From NCBI GenBank assembly GCA_964478375.1, contig CAYZIQ010000001.1:8019-57418 (forward strand): a DNA stretch of 49,400 nt, written 5' to 3'. Source of the stretch: an uncultured Chloroflexus sp. (GTDB lineage: Bacteria > Chloroflexota > Anaerolineae > Anaerolineales > Villigracilaceae). Shown piece by piece: positions 34,339 to 43,511 of the stretch (the stretch's first letter is position 1; each line of letters starts with the position of its first letter). A model generated the notes under the pieces. It saw only the letters and a program-made list of their open reading frames with translations. It did not search any database and had not been told where the DNA came from. The translations under genes were made by a program, and so were the position numbers.

Positions 34339-35154
34339 ATGACAACCCCTGAGGAGGATCCAATGACGGCAAATTCAAAGCCTCTCCCTCCGCGCGCCAC
34401 ACCTCTCCATCCGCGCCGACGAGCGATCATCGTCGGCGCCTCCAGCGGGATCGGGGCAGCCCTGGCGCGTCGCCTGGCACGCGGAGGATACACGCTGGCG
34501 CTGCTCGCCCGGCGGGTGGACTTGTTGACAAGCCTGTGCGGCGAAATCAATGCCGCGGCAGGAGAGACCCGCGCCCTGGCTTACCCTCACGATGTGACCG
34601 ATTACGATTCCGTGCCCAACCTGCTGCAAAGGATCCTCGCCGATCTGGGCGGCCTCGATCTATTCATCTACAATACCGGCATCTCCCTCATGGTTGGACT
34701 GAAGAAGTACGATTTCGAGAAAGACCGCCGCGTCACGGAAGTCAATTACCTGGGCGCGCTGGCTTGGCTCAACCCGGTGGCAGCCATGTTCCAGAGTCTG
34801 AAAAGCGGACAGATCGTCGGCCTCTCCTCGGTGGCTGGCGAGCGCGGGCGCGTCGGCAATCCATCCTACAACGCCTCCAAAGCCGCCCTGACCTGCTACC
34901 TGGAAGCGCTGCGCAACCGGCTCAGCCGTTACGGCGTGAACGTGCTGACCGTCAAGCCCGGTTATGTGAACACCGACATGGTCGTCGGCGCGAAAGGCAT
35001 TTTCTGGGTCATTCCTCCCGAACAGGCTGCCGCCGACATCTGCCGCGCCATCCGCAGGCGCAGGCAGCAGGTCTATACGCCGGCGCGCTGGCAGTGGGTG
35101 ATGCTCATCGTGCGCAACATCCCGTCATTTATTTTCCGAAGGTTGATCTTTTGA
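34339..35154 (+). CDS. SDR resembling DprE2 (decaprenylphospho-erythro-pentofuranosid-2-ulose 2-reductase)
   Basis: IIVGASSGIGAALARRLA. LSSVAGERGRVGNPSYNASKAAL. C-terminal VYTPARWQWVMLIVRNIPSFIFRRL resembles the Mtb DprE2 tail ([25 protein letters not shown], from memory). Confidence 0.7.
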   Translation: MTTPEEDPMTANSKPLPPRATPLHPRRRAIIVGASSGIGAALARRLARGGYTLALLARRVDLLTSLCGEINAAAGETRALAYPHDVTDYDSVPNLLQRILADLGGLDLFIYNTGISLMVGLKKYDFEKDRRVTEVNYLGALAWLNPVAAMFQSLKSGQIVGLSSVAGERGRVGNPSYNASKAALTCYLEALRNRLSRYGVNVLTVKPGYVNTDMVVGAKGIFWVIPPEQAAADICRAIRRRRQQVYTPARWQWVMLIVRNIPSFIFRRLIF

Positions 35155-35242
35155 AAAGGGATTAGAGAATAGAGATTCGAAAACAGTACTTGCGAGACTA
35201 TTCTCTACTCTCGATTCTCCAATTCCCCTCCCCAAGAATCCC

Positions 35243-36652
35243 ATGAACAATGCACTCCCCTACGGAAAGCTCACCCTGCTCGACAACTTCGGCCATTCGT
35301 TGCGCAGCCCGGCTTACCTTTTTCAGCCAATCGAGCCGGAAGAGATCAGCCAAGTCTTCAATATGGCAAAACAGCATGACCTGACAGTCACCCTGCGCGG
35401 CGCGGGGCGCAGTTACAACGACGCGGCCCTCAACGGCGGCGGGATCGTGCTGGACCTGAGGCTGGCCAACCACATCCTGGCCTGGGACCCGGCGACGGGC
35501 CTTCTTCAGGCCGAGCCGGGCGTCACCCTCCAGCAGGTCTGGCAAACCGTCCTGCCAGACGGCTGGTGGCCGCCGGTCGTCTCCGGGACGATGTTCACCA
35601 CCGTGGGCGGCTGCCTAGGGATGAACATCCACGGCAAGAACAATTTCCGCATGGGTACCATCGGCGACCACACGACCGAGTTCACCATCGTGCTGCCCAC
35701 CGGAGCGAAAGTGACCTGCTCGCCGAAGAAGAACGGTGACCTGTTCCGCGCCTGCATCGGCGGGATGGGGATGCTGGGCGTGTTCATCTCCATCACGCTC
35801 CAGATGAAGAAGATCGCTTCGGGGCTGCTGAAAGTCCATGCCTTCTCGGTGCGCAGCCTGAAAGGACAGCTCGACGCGCTGCTCGAAGGCGCTCCGGAAC
35901 ACGGTTACATCGTCGGCTGGCTGGATGCCACCGCGCCTGGGAAAGGCCTGGGGCGCGGCCAGATCCACACCGCCGACTACCTGCACGAGGGTGATGATCC
36001 CGATGCCAAAAAGACCATGCAGGTGGCGTACCAGACCCTGCCGGCCACCCTGTTCGGCGTCCTCCCCAAGTCCATCATCCACCACTTCATGGCCCCTTTT
36101 ATGAACAACTTGGGCGCGTGGGCGGTCAACACCGCTAAGTACATGGTGGGATTGCGCGAGGGCCGCTACAACCAATCGCATGCGGCCTTCCACTTCCTGC
36201 TCGATTACGTCCCGGACTGGGAGCTGGCTTACGGGCGGAAGGGGCTGATCCAATATCAATCGTTCATCCCCAAAGAGGCTGCACATGACGCCTGGACCGA
36301 GATGCTGGCGCTTTCCCAGCGGCGTGGCCTGCCCTCTTACCTGGGCGTGACCAAACGTCACCGTCCGGACAACTTCCTGCTGTCTCACGGCGTGGATGGC
36401 TACTCCCTGGCGTTGGATTTCAAGGTGACGGCTGGCACGCGCGCCAAAATGGCGCAGATGCTCCAGGATTTCGACCGCATCGTGCTGGAGGCTGGCGGGC
36501 GCTTCTACTTCGCCAAGAACAGCGAGACGACGCCGGAGACCGCCGTCCGCTTCCTGGGCGAGGAGACTGTGAGAAAGTTTCGTGCCCTGAAAAAGCGCTG
36601 TGACCCGCATAATCTACTGGAATCGGATCTGTACCGCCGGGTGTTCGGTTGA
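35243..36652 (+). CDS. FAD-binding oxidoreductase resembling DprE1 (decaprenylphosphoryl-beta-D-ribose 2'-oxidase)
   Basis: 469 aa. LRGAGRSYNDAALNGGGIVLDL, TVGGCLGMNIHGKN, LIQYQSFIPKE, GGRFYFAKNSETT...KRCDP: the same motif order as Mtb DprE1 as I recall it. Confidence 0.75.
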   Translation: MNNALPYGKLTLLDNFGHSLRSPAYLFQPIEPEEISQVFNMAKQHDLTVTLRGAGRSYNDAALNGGGIVLDLRLANHILAWDPATGLLQAEPGVTLQQVWQTVLPDGWWPPVVSGTMFTTVGGCLGMNIHGKNNFRMGTIGDHTTEFTIVLPTGAKVTCSPKKNGDLFRACIGGMGMLGVFISITLQMKKIASGLLKVHAFSVRSLKGQLDALLEGAPEHGYIVGWLDATAPGKGLGRGQIHTADYLHEGDDPDAKKTMQVAYQTLPATLFGVLPKSIIHHFMAPFMNNLGAWAVNTAKYMVGLREGRYNQSHAAFHFLLDYVPDWELAYGRKGLIQYQSFIPKEAAHDAWTEMLALSQRRGLPSYLGVTKRHRPDNFLLSHGVDGYSLALDFKVTAGTRAKMAQMLQDFDRIVLEAGGRFYFAKNSETTPETAVRFLGEETVRKFRALKKRCDPHNLLESDLYRRVFG

Positions 36653-36723
36653 TTTTTGATTTGACTTTTTCGAGGATACTCAGTACACTATTGGTAAATC
36701 ATCCGTGTCGTTGAGGAGGAATT

Positions 36724-37368
36724 ATGGCTGCTCAATTTCAACTCGTCATCCGTTCTGGGCCGGACATCGGCAAGGTTTTTTCGCTAGAGGTATCCGAGAT
36801 CGGCATCGGCCGCGAGTTGGGCAACACCATCGTCATCAACGATGCCGAGGTATCCCGCAAACATGCCAAATTGACCTGGCAGGGCGCAGGCTACTTCATC
36901 GAGGATGCCGGCTCGACCAACGGAACTTTTGTCAACAACCAGCGGATCAGCGCGCCACACACCTTGAAAGCGGGAGATTTGGTTTCGCTGAGTGAGAACG
37001 TCATCCTGGCCTTTGAGGCGGCCGGCGATCCGAACGCGACGATCATCTCGCCCTCTGCTCGCGCAGTGAAAGCCCCGGCGGCCGCTCCACAACCGATTCC
37101 ACCCTTCCCACCGCCCCCTGCAGCCGCGCCGGCTCCCATGCCCGTTTATCCTGCTCCACCGCCGGTCGCGCCACAATATGTGCCCTCACAGCCAGCAAAG
37201 AAAGGTTCCAAAATCTGGGTGATCTTGGTGGTGCTGCTAGTGCTCTTCATCTGCGCTTGCGTCGGCGTGTTCGTGGCGGTTGATTACCTACAACTGTGGT
37301 GCAGCCCGTACTTGAGCTGGCTCACGAACATCATCTCCCCCATGATCGGCGGCGGCGTTTGCCCATAA
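36724..37368 (+). CDS. FHA-domain protein with Pro-rich linker and C-terminal TM segment
   Basis: IGRELGNTIVINDAEVSRKHAKLTWQGAGYFIEDAGSTNGTFVNNQRI, then the PAAAPQPIPPFPPPPAAAPAP linker and a hydrophobic tail. Confidence 0.85.
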   Translation: MAAQFQLVIRSGPDIGKVFSLEVSEIGIGRELGNTIVINDAEVSRKHAKLTWQGAGYFIEDAGSTNGTFVNNQRISAPHTLKAGDLVSLSENVILAFEAAGDPNATIISPSARAVKAPAAAPQPIPPFPPPPAAAPAPMPVYPAPPPVAPQYVPSQPAKKGSKIWVILVVLLVLFICACVGVFVAVDYLQLWCSPYLSWLTNIISPMIGGGVCP

Positions 37369-37385
37369 GAACATCGAAATCGCTG

Positions 37386-37425
37386 CTTCCCGCAGGTTGG
37401 CGGAACCCGCGGGAAGTTTTTATTT
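37386..37425. terminator. Bidirectional terminator between convergent genes
   Basis: cttcccgc / gcgggaag stem followed by tttttatttt. Confidence 0.6.
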
Positions 37426-38802
37426 TCCAGCCATAAGCATATCCAATGAGACATTCACTCCCTTTAGAATTACCTCTGTCTGGTTATATTCTCCGGCGCG
37501 CAGCGTGTGATCTGCCTTGACGAGCATCGCTTCGATCAGGCGATTTTCCATGCCCTCAGGGTGGCGTAGAAAATCGGCCACGATGCCGCGTTGACCCATC
37601 ACCTTGTAATCCGGCAGCCAGGCGGTCATGAAATATGCTGAGGGATCGAGGGCCTGCTGGTAGCGGCGGACAGTATCGTAGAATAGCACGCTCAAGCGCA
37701 AGTCGTCGCGCACGGCTTCGGTCACGGTTTGCCCTTTCAAGAACTCGCGGTATTTCGCCTCCAGCTCCGCAAACGTGATCCCAAAATGCGCCTGCAAAGC
37801 CGCATCAATCACCTGCGAGTCGCGCCCATCCGGCGTGGGGCGGATGTCGCGGTAGAAGGCGTCGAATGCACCCCATCCGTAAGATTCGACCATGTAACTC
37901 ACCAGCGCAGCGGCTTCCAGGTAGCCGATCTCGTGCTGTTGGGGATAGAAGTCATCGGCCAGCTTGCCCAGCGGGATATACCAGTCCAATTCGAGCAGGG
38001 CAGCGGCGCGCGGGATGAGCGGCTCCGGCTTGAAATGTCCACCACTCAGGTAGACCGCCAGCCCCTCTTGAAAGATCGTGGGGCGCAGATCTCCACCTGC
38101 GAGAGTATCGAACCAGTGCACGAACTCGTGGTGCAGCACTTGCGCGGTGGCACTGCCAAGATAATCATTATCGAGGTATGAAACATAAATCGCGCTGCCA
38201 GTAAAGCCGCCGTTGCCCAGCACGCGCGGCACGAAAACGACCGGGATTTTCTCGCTCAAGCTCTCGTCCATTCGAACGCTGAGGTCGGCAGCCTGCTCGT
38301 CTGCTACCTGAGCCAGGGAAGCGATGTCTCGACCGGCCGCGGTATCGGTGATGTAATTGAGAATACAGCAATCGCTCGTCACACTTGCCCAGCGCGCCCC
38401 CGGCTCCGGCGGCGGGATTCCACTCTGCGGGTGCAAGGTGACGGTCTCTTGCCAGGTCGGACCGTCGGGGAGGATGGCAAATGTCAGCGTTTCCGGGCCA
38501 GGCTGGAGGTCGCGCGTGTCCCAGGCCCACCACAGGACCGCCTCCGTCCGCCCGGCGACGCCATAGGGGCTGAAGCCGGCGCGTCCCAGCTCTCCCTCAT
38601 CCAAGCTGACCTGTACCTCGTGTCCTTCAGATTTGAATCCGGCCGGCGTCACCGCCTCGAAGCTGACCTGATCGCCGACGTACAACGGGCCATCGGGATG
38701 CGTGATGACGCTGAACTTCTCGGCTGGCGCGGCAGGCGCGGCGCAGGAAGCCAGGAAAATAGTTATCAGTAACCAGTGAACAGTGATCCGTAAATTACGC
38801 AT
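37420..38802 (-). CDS. Lipoprotein, putative MA-clan metallopeptidase-like
   Basis: 460 aa. IFLASC lipobox, HHEFVHWF...FQEGLAVYLSG (HExxH plus downstream Glu). The N-terminal signal peptide is encoded by a heptamer tract. Confidence 0.65.
   Translation of the reverse strand: MRNLRITVHWLLITIFLASCAAPAAPAEKFSVITHPDGPLYVGDQVSFEAVTPAGFKSEGHEVQVSLDEGELGRAGFSPYGVAGRTEAVLWWAWDTRDLQPGPETLTFAILPDGPTWQETVTLHPQSGIPPPEPGARWASVTSDCCILNYITDTAAGRDIASLAQVADEQAADLSVRMDESLSEKIPVVFVPRVLGNGGFTGSAIYVSYLDNDYLGSATAQVLHHEFVHWFDTLAGGDLRPTIFQEGLAVYLSGGHFKPEPLIPRAAALLELDWYIPLGKLADDFYPQQHEIGYLEAAALVSYMVESYGWGAFDAFYRDIRPTPDGRDSQVIDAALQAHFGITFAELEAKYREFLKGQTVTEAVRDDLRLSVLFYDTVRRYQQALDPSAYFMTAWLPDYKVMGQRGIVADFLRHPEGMENRLIEAMLVKADHTLRAGEYNQTEVILKGVNVSLDMLMAGK
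38761..38788. repeat. Heptamer tract (cagt family) encoding part of a signal peptide
   Basis: agttatc agtaacc agtgaac agtgatc. The minus strand encodes RITVHWLLITIF. Confidence 0.65.
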
Positions 38803-38885
38803 GGGCGCAATTATACTGTTTGGAACTTACTCAGTCAGGTTGATTGAGGTGTGCCGAATCCCCTTCAACTGCGCGACTTCTCCTG

Positions 38886-38914
38886 TTGTAAAAATCCCCC
38901 GAAAGGTCTAGAAT
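38886..38914 (+). promoter_or_regulatory. Sigma-70-like promoter candidate for the AI-2E transporter gene
   Basis: TTGTAA - 17 nt - TAGAAT, 37 nt upstream of the ATG. Confidence 0.35.
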
Positions 38915-38950
38915 ATAACTGCAGATCGAAATCCTCCCAGGAGAGTCGCC

Positions 38951-40147
38951 ATGAGTGAGCCGCAGCCTGCCACTTCCCCACGTTGGGGAGCCATGACCAA
39001 ACTGGTGATCGCCTTGACCGTGATCGCCATCCTCGCCGCGCTGGTGCTGCGCTTCCACACCATCATCGGGCCGGTGTTGATGGCCTTCGTTGTGGCTTAC
39101 CTGCTGCACCCCCTGGCCTCTCTGTTCGACCGGAAGACGCCTCTCTCCTGGAGGGGAGCAGTCAACATCATCTATCTAGTCTTCATCATCATCCTCTTCG
39201 CTCTGCTGACCCTGGGCGGCGTGGGCCTCGTCCAGCAGGTGCAAAACCTGATTGGCACCGTCCAGAACGCCATCACCAATCTGCCTACCTTCATCTCGAA
39301 CCTCTCCGGGCAGGTTTACCACCTCGGCCCATTCATCCTGGATTTCTCGAAAATTGACTGGACATCCATCGGCCAGCAAGTGCTTTCGTATGTCCAACCG
39401 GCCCTGGGCCGGCTGGGGAATCTGGTCGGGACGCTGGCCGGCAGCGCGGCCAGCACTTTCGGCTGGCTGGCGTTCATCCTGATCGTTTCGTACTTCTTCC
39501 TGCTCGAAAGCGGCGGCTTGCGCAGTGGCATCATCAGGTTCGAAATTCCCGGCTACGCCGAGGACGTGCGCCGTTTGAGTAAGGAACTCGGCCGCATCTG
39601 GAATGCCTTCCTGCGCGGCCAGATCATCATTTTCGGCCTGTCGGCCGTCATTTACATGATCGTTTTGAGCATCCTCGACGTGCGCTACGCGATCGGCCTG
39701 GCGCTGCTGGCAGGCTTCGCCAACTTCCTGCCCTACATTGGCCCGGCAATCACCTGGATCGTGCTCGGTCTTGTGACCTTCTTCCAGGCGTTCAAACCCT
39801 TTGGTCTCTCGCCGCTTGCCTACACAGCTATCGCCATCGTCCTGGCCCTGCTCATTGACCAGATCATCGGCAACTTGGTCGCGCCGCGCATCATGGCGCA
39901 GACGCTGAAAGTCCATCCGGCCTTCGTGCTGATCGCGGCCATCATCGCGGCCAACCTGCTTGGCATCCTGGGCGTCATTATTGCCGCGCCTCTGCTGGCG
40001 ACACTGAAACTGATCGGCCAATACACCATGGCGAAGATGCTGGATAAGAACCCCTGGCCGGAGGCTGAAGAGATGCCGCCGCCAGTCACTCCGTCCCTTT
40101 GGGCGCGCCTGCGCGCCTGGTGGCAAGCGAGGCGACGGAAAAAGTGA
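38951..40147 (+). CDS. AI-2E family transporter (PerM/UPF0118)
   Basis: 398 aa, about 8 TM segments. ...LLAGFANFLPYIGPAI... and IAAPLLA, typical of the family. Confidence 0.85.
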   Translation: MSEPQPATSPRWGAMTKLVIALTVIAILAALVLRFHTIIGPVLMAFVVAYLLHPLASLFDRKTPLSWRGAVNIIYLVFIIILFALLTLGGVGLVQQVQNLIGTVQNAITNLPTFISNLSGQVYHLGPFILDFSKIDWTSIGQQVLSYVQPALGRLGNLVGTLAGSAASTFGWLAFILIVSYFFLLESGGLRSGIIRFEIPGYAEDVRRLSKELGRIWNAFLRGQIIIFGLSAVIYMIVLSILDVRYAIGLALLAGFANFLPYIGPAITWIVLGLVTFFQAFKPFGLSPLAYTAIAIVLALLIDQIIGNLVAPRIMAQTLKVHPAFVLIAAIIAANLLGILGVIIAAPLLATLKLIGQYTMAKMLDKNPWPEAEEMPPPVTPSLWARLRAWWQARRRKK

Positions 40148-40210
40148 TGCGCACCCGCCCAAAAATCTGTATAATGGAATCAGAGAAAACCCTACTTGAA
40201 GGAGGCTGAG

Positions 40211-40390
40211 ATGGCAAAGACCGTTCCAGAACCTACGACCGAGAACCTGGCCGAGACCGCCAATTACCTCATCTGGCAGGCGGACGAACCGGATGGCGAG
40301 ATCACTTATCACATTGAGCTAAACAACGTCACCCTGCACTTCTTCAAAGAGGAGTGGGATGAGTTTCTGGAATTGGTGCACGGTCTGTAA
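40211..40390 (+). CDS. Small acidic hypothetical protein (59 aa)
   Basis: ATG with SD gaaggagg and a TGTATAAT box upstream. No recognisable domain. Confidence 0.5.
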   Translation: MAKTVPEPTTENLAETANYLIWQADEPDGEITYHIELNNVTLHFFKEEWDEFLELVHGL

Positions 40391-40399
40391 CACCCCAAC

Positions 40400-41395
40400 A
40401 TGAGACTCAAAAATTCGATCACAGACATACCCGGCATCCGCGTGGGGCATGCCCAGGACGACGAGGCGCTGACCGGCTGCACCGTCATCCTGTGTGAAAA
40501 GGGCGCGGTCGGCGGCATGGATCAGCGCGGCGGCGCGCCCGGCACGCGCGAGACCGACCTGCTCAAGCCGGTCAATGCGGTCGATAAAGTCCATGCCGTG
40601 CTGCTTGCGGGTGGCTCGGCTTTCGGACTGGACGCGGCCAGCGGCGTGATGCGCTACCTGGAAGAAAAAGGGATTGGATTTAACACCGGGGTAGCGCGCG
40701 TTCCCATCGTCCCCGCAGCGATCTTATATGACCTGGCCATCGGCCGCGCCGACATCCGACCGGACGCCGAAATGGGCTACCGCGCCGCGGCTTCCGCCTC
40801 AGCTGACGCGCCCGCGGAGGGCAACGCCGGCGTGGGGACGGGGGCGACGGTTGGCAAGATCTTCGGCATGGCCGGGGCGATGAAATCCGGTCTGGGAGCA
40901 GCCAGTATAAATATTGGCGGCGGGATCATCGTCGGGGTTATCGTGGCGGTTAACGCCTTCGGGGATGTGGTTGACCCGCAGACGGGTAAAATCCTGGCTG
41001 GAGCGCGCTCGACCAAACTTGGTCCCATTCGACTTGGCTCACAAGATTATTTTGCCGATACGCTGGTGATGATGAAAACGCAGGCAGGCCGCGCTATTAT
41101 GAAACTGGCGATGAGCCGCAACACGGTCATCGGTGTGGTGGCAACCAACGCCAAATTCACCAAAACCGAAGCGACCAAAATGGCGCAGATGGCGCAGGAT
41201 GGATTGGCGCGCGCCATCCGCCCGGCGCACACCATGTTGGATGGCGATACGATCTTCGCCATGGCCACTGGGCAGAAGAGGGCGGATGTCAGCATCGTGG
41301 GAGCGTATGCAGCCGAGGCCTTCGCCCAGGCAATCGTGAGGGCTGTGAAAGCAGCGAAGCCGGCGGGAGGGTTGCCAGCAGCCAGTGAAAGGTAA
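40400..41395 (+). CDS. P1/S58-family peptidase (DmpA/L-aminopeptidase-like)
   Basis: SITDIPGIRVGHAQDDEALTGCTVILCE...GGAPGTRETDLL...VLLAGGSAFGLDAA... Confidence 0.85.
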   Translation: MRLKNSITDIPGIRVGHAQDDEALTGCTVILCEKGAVGGMDQRGGAPGTRETDLLKPVNAVDKVHAVLLAGGSAFGLDAASGVMRYLEEKGIGFNTGVARVPIVPAAILYDLAIGRADIRPDAEMGYRAAASASADAPAEGNAGVGTGATVGKIFGMAGAMKSGLGAASINIGGGIIVGVIVAVNAFGDVVDPQTGKILAGARSTKLGPIRLGSQDYFADTLVMMKTQAGRAIMKLAMSRNTVIGVVATNAKFTKTEATKMAQMAQDGLARAIRPAHTMLDGDTIFAMATGQKRADVSIVGAYAAEAFAQAIVRAVKAAKPAGGLPAASER

Positions 41396-41488
41396 CCAGT
41401 TTTCAGTCACCAGAAAAAACGACTTGCGTAGGGCAAGCCGTTTTTTCATCCCTCATCACTGATAACTGCTTCCTGATGACTGAACGCT
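41382..41488. repeat. Inverted heptamer arms (cagt / actg family) flanking a 37-nt core that contains a bidirectional terminator
   Basis: Left: ccagtga aaggtaa ccagttt tcagtca ccagaaa. Right: catcact gataact gcttcct gatgact gaacgct. Same architecture and arm family as the tilS insertion. Confidence 0.6.
41414..41446. terminator. Bidirectional terminator between the peptidase and DUF360 genes
   Basis: aaaaaacgacttgc gtagg gcaagccgtttttt (stem flanked by an A-run and a T-run). Confidence 0.7.
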
Positions 41489-41879
41489 AATGCTTTTTAT
41501 GATGCCGCCGACCCTTCAACTCGTCCCGCAAGATCAAGCTCAACACGATGCTGACCGCGCTGACGATCAGCGCGCCGAGGAAGGCGTTCCACCAGAACGG
41601 ATCGGCGATGGCCAGGCTGATCCCGACCAGGTTGCCAACCCAGGCGGTCAAGGCGAAGAGCAGGGTGTTGATGATTAGCGTGAACAGGCCCAGGGTCAAA
41701 ATGATGAGCGGACAGGTCAGCATCTTGAGCAAGGGACGCAACAGGGCATTGACCAGCCCAAAGACGAGAGCCAGCAGCACCACGCCGATCCAGTTGCCTC
41801 CGTAAACAAGTCCGGGCAGGATGGCGATGGCAGCCCAGAGTGCCACCGCATTGATCCCCCAGCGAATGATAAATCTCAT
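41487..41879 (-). CDS. DUF360 / phage holin superfamily IV-like membrane protein
   Basis: 130 aa, 4 TM segments. WGINAVALWAAIAILPG... SD aggagg. TAG stop. Confidence 0.75.
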   Translation of the reverse strand: MRFIIRWGINAVALWAAIAILPGLVYGGNWIGVVLLALVFGLVNALLRPLLKMLTCPLIILTLGLFTLIINTLLFALTAWVGNLVGISLAIADPFWWNAFLGALIVSAVSIVLSLILRDELKGRRHHKKH

Positions 41880-41901
41880 TTCAACCTCCTATTCTTTTCT
41901 G

Positions 41902-41934
41902 AGACTTCCGAAGTCTGCCAGACTTCAGAAGTCT
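41902..41934. promoter_or_regulatory. Two tandem 15-bp palindromes AGACTTC-N-GAAGTCT upstream of the DUF360 gene
   Basis: agacttccgaagtct (41902-41916) and agacttcagaagtct (41920-41934). Candidate operator or terminator of the GNAT gene. Confidence 0.35.
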
Positions 41935-41944
41935 TCTTATCTCG

Positions 41945-42949
41945 CTATTGTGATTTACGAGATTCAGGGAGCAGGGTTTCATCCGCCTGCATCCAGATCA
42001 GCGTGCGTACTGGCTTGAAACCAGCCGCTTGGATCGCTTCTTGAGCTTGACCGGCTGGCATCTCCAAGGTGAGATTTTTCTGCCAGGAAAGCGTATGCCG
42101 GGCATGCAGCAGCAGGGCAGTCAGCGCGCCTTCTCCGCCATCGAGCGGAGCAGCCGCCCAGAGCCGGTCAGCGTGCTCCATAGTTGGCTGCCAGGCCAAC
42201 ACACCCAGCAACTGGCCTTCATCCAGGCGGGCGGCCCACTGACGCGTCTCATACTCCAGGAAAAAGCGATAGAGGGAAGGACCCAGGCCAGGGCGCAACG
42301 ACAGCCATGGGATTGGCTGGTACCAGGCCAAGATATCCGGATAGAGCTGCCGCAACCAGGCTTCCTGCTGCAGCCAATCGCGCGTTTTGCGCGAGGTAAT
42401 CATGGTCCCCGCGCCAAGCGGGCCGAGGCTGCGGTCAGGAGCCGCCTGCCATAGAGTGCGCCGGGCGCGTTCGCGGAACCCCAGGCTGGCATACAGCCTC
42501 ACCGCGCCTGGATTGTCGTCGCGGACGTGCAACCAGGTGGCCTGGGCGTGCCGCTGACGGGTGTGCTGCATGGCGCTCATGGTCAGGGCGCGGCCGATCC
42601 CTTTACGGCGATAATCAGGTCGGACAGCAACGTTGGCGATCAAATAAACCTTTTTCCCTCCACGCTTGAAAGGCACAAGGCTGACGTTCCCGACCACCTC
42701 ATGGTTCTCCTCCCAAACGTAACCTGAGAGCGGCATCGAGACCGTATCCATGGCGTTCGCCGCCCAACGCATGAAATAGCTGTCATTTCCAGCTCTGCGC
42801 ATTTGCTGGATGTAACGATAACCCTCGGGATCCAAAGTGCCCGCGAAACAGCTCTCGACCAGGTCCGCTACCAGCGGCAGGTCGGTCAGGATGTTGAGCG
42901 GGCGCAGTTGCGGGATCCTGGCGAGGATGGGCGTGGTAATAACAGACAT
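41945..42949 (-). CDS. GNAT-family N-acetyltransferase
   Basis: 334 aa. VGNVSLVPFKRGGKKVYLIANVAVRPDYRRKGIGRALTMSAM acetyl-CoA-binding motif. Confidence 0.75.
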   Translation of the reverse strand: MSVITTPILARIPQLRPLNILTDLPLVADLVESCFAGTLDPEGYRYIQQMRRAGNDSYFMRWAANAMDTVSMPLSGYVWEENHEVVGNVSLVPFKRGGKKVYLIANVAVRPDYRRKGIGRALTMSAMQHTRQRHAQATWLHVRDDNPGAVRLYASLGFRERARRTLWQAAPDRSLGPLGAGTMITSRKTRDWLQQEAWLRQLYPDILAWYQPIPWLSLRPGLGPSLYRFFLEYETRQWAARLDEGQLLGVLAWQPTMEHADRLWAAAPLDGGEGALTALLLHARHTLSWQKNLTLEMPAGQAQEAIQAAGFKPVRTLIWMQADETLLPESRKSQ

Positions 42950-43123
42950 GAGTTTTATTTATTCCACTCTACATAAGCTTCATAAACTTGCTTCTGGGTA
43001 GCCCAGGTAATGATGCCCTCGTCGCGATCATCGGTCCAGGTCCCCTCCATTTGGGTTATAGTGGTCAGGCAGAGAAACGTTTTGGCTGCTCCTGTGAACG
43101 AATCGGTGGCTACCGGCGTGGAG

Positions 43124-43288
43124 TCAACCCGCCTGGAATTTCTGGGTATTTTCCGGCACTGAACATACTCCGTCTCCACAGGGGCTGTAGGTCTCGCCAG
43201 GAGTAAGAGCCTCTGACATGCCATTGACCCCTAGGAGGTTGCACGCGGAGATAAAGAATATCAGGGGAATGAGAAAACACTTTTTCAT
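43124..43288 (-). CDS. Small putative lipoprotein, possibly the 5' part of a frameshifted gene
   Basis: MKKCFLIPLIFFISAC lipobox and a CGDGVC motif. The overlapping ORF 42955..43224 in another frame continues with plausible protein sequence. Lies in an AT-rich island. Confidence 0.3.
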   Translation of the reverse strand: MKKCFLIPLIFFISACNLLGVNGMSEALTPGETYSPCGDGVCSVPENTQKFQAG

Positions 43289-43511
43289 GGCCAATTTTCT
43301 GGAATTCGTGTTAAACAAATACTAGGGTATCCCAATTATAGCCCTTCCTGACCGTGATTTCTCAGCCATTCGAGAGGTTAACAGTCATAAATGATCATGA
43401 TGAATCCCTTAGGGCAAGAATCTTACATATCTCTAATCTTATACATCCATTTCACCTATAGGTATTTGTTATAATCACCCCAGGTTCTGTTGTTGTGAAA
43501 GGAATTCTGCC

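Noticed and set aside
41487-41879. Prophage, suggested by the phage-holin-family protein, the integrase-family gene and the transposase-like gene.
   Set aside because: DUF360 proteins are widespread chromosomal membrane proteins. There are no capsid, tail or terminase genes. The integrase homologue appears catalytically dead, with no att-like flanks. The RAYT is a domesticated-type single gene.
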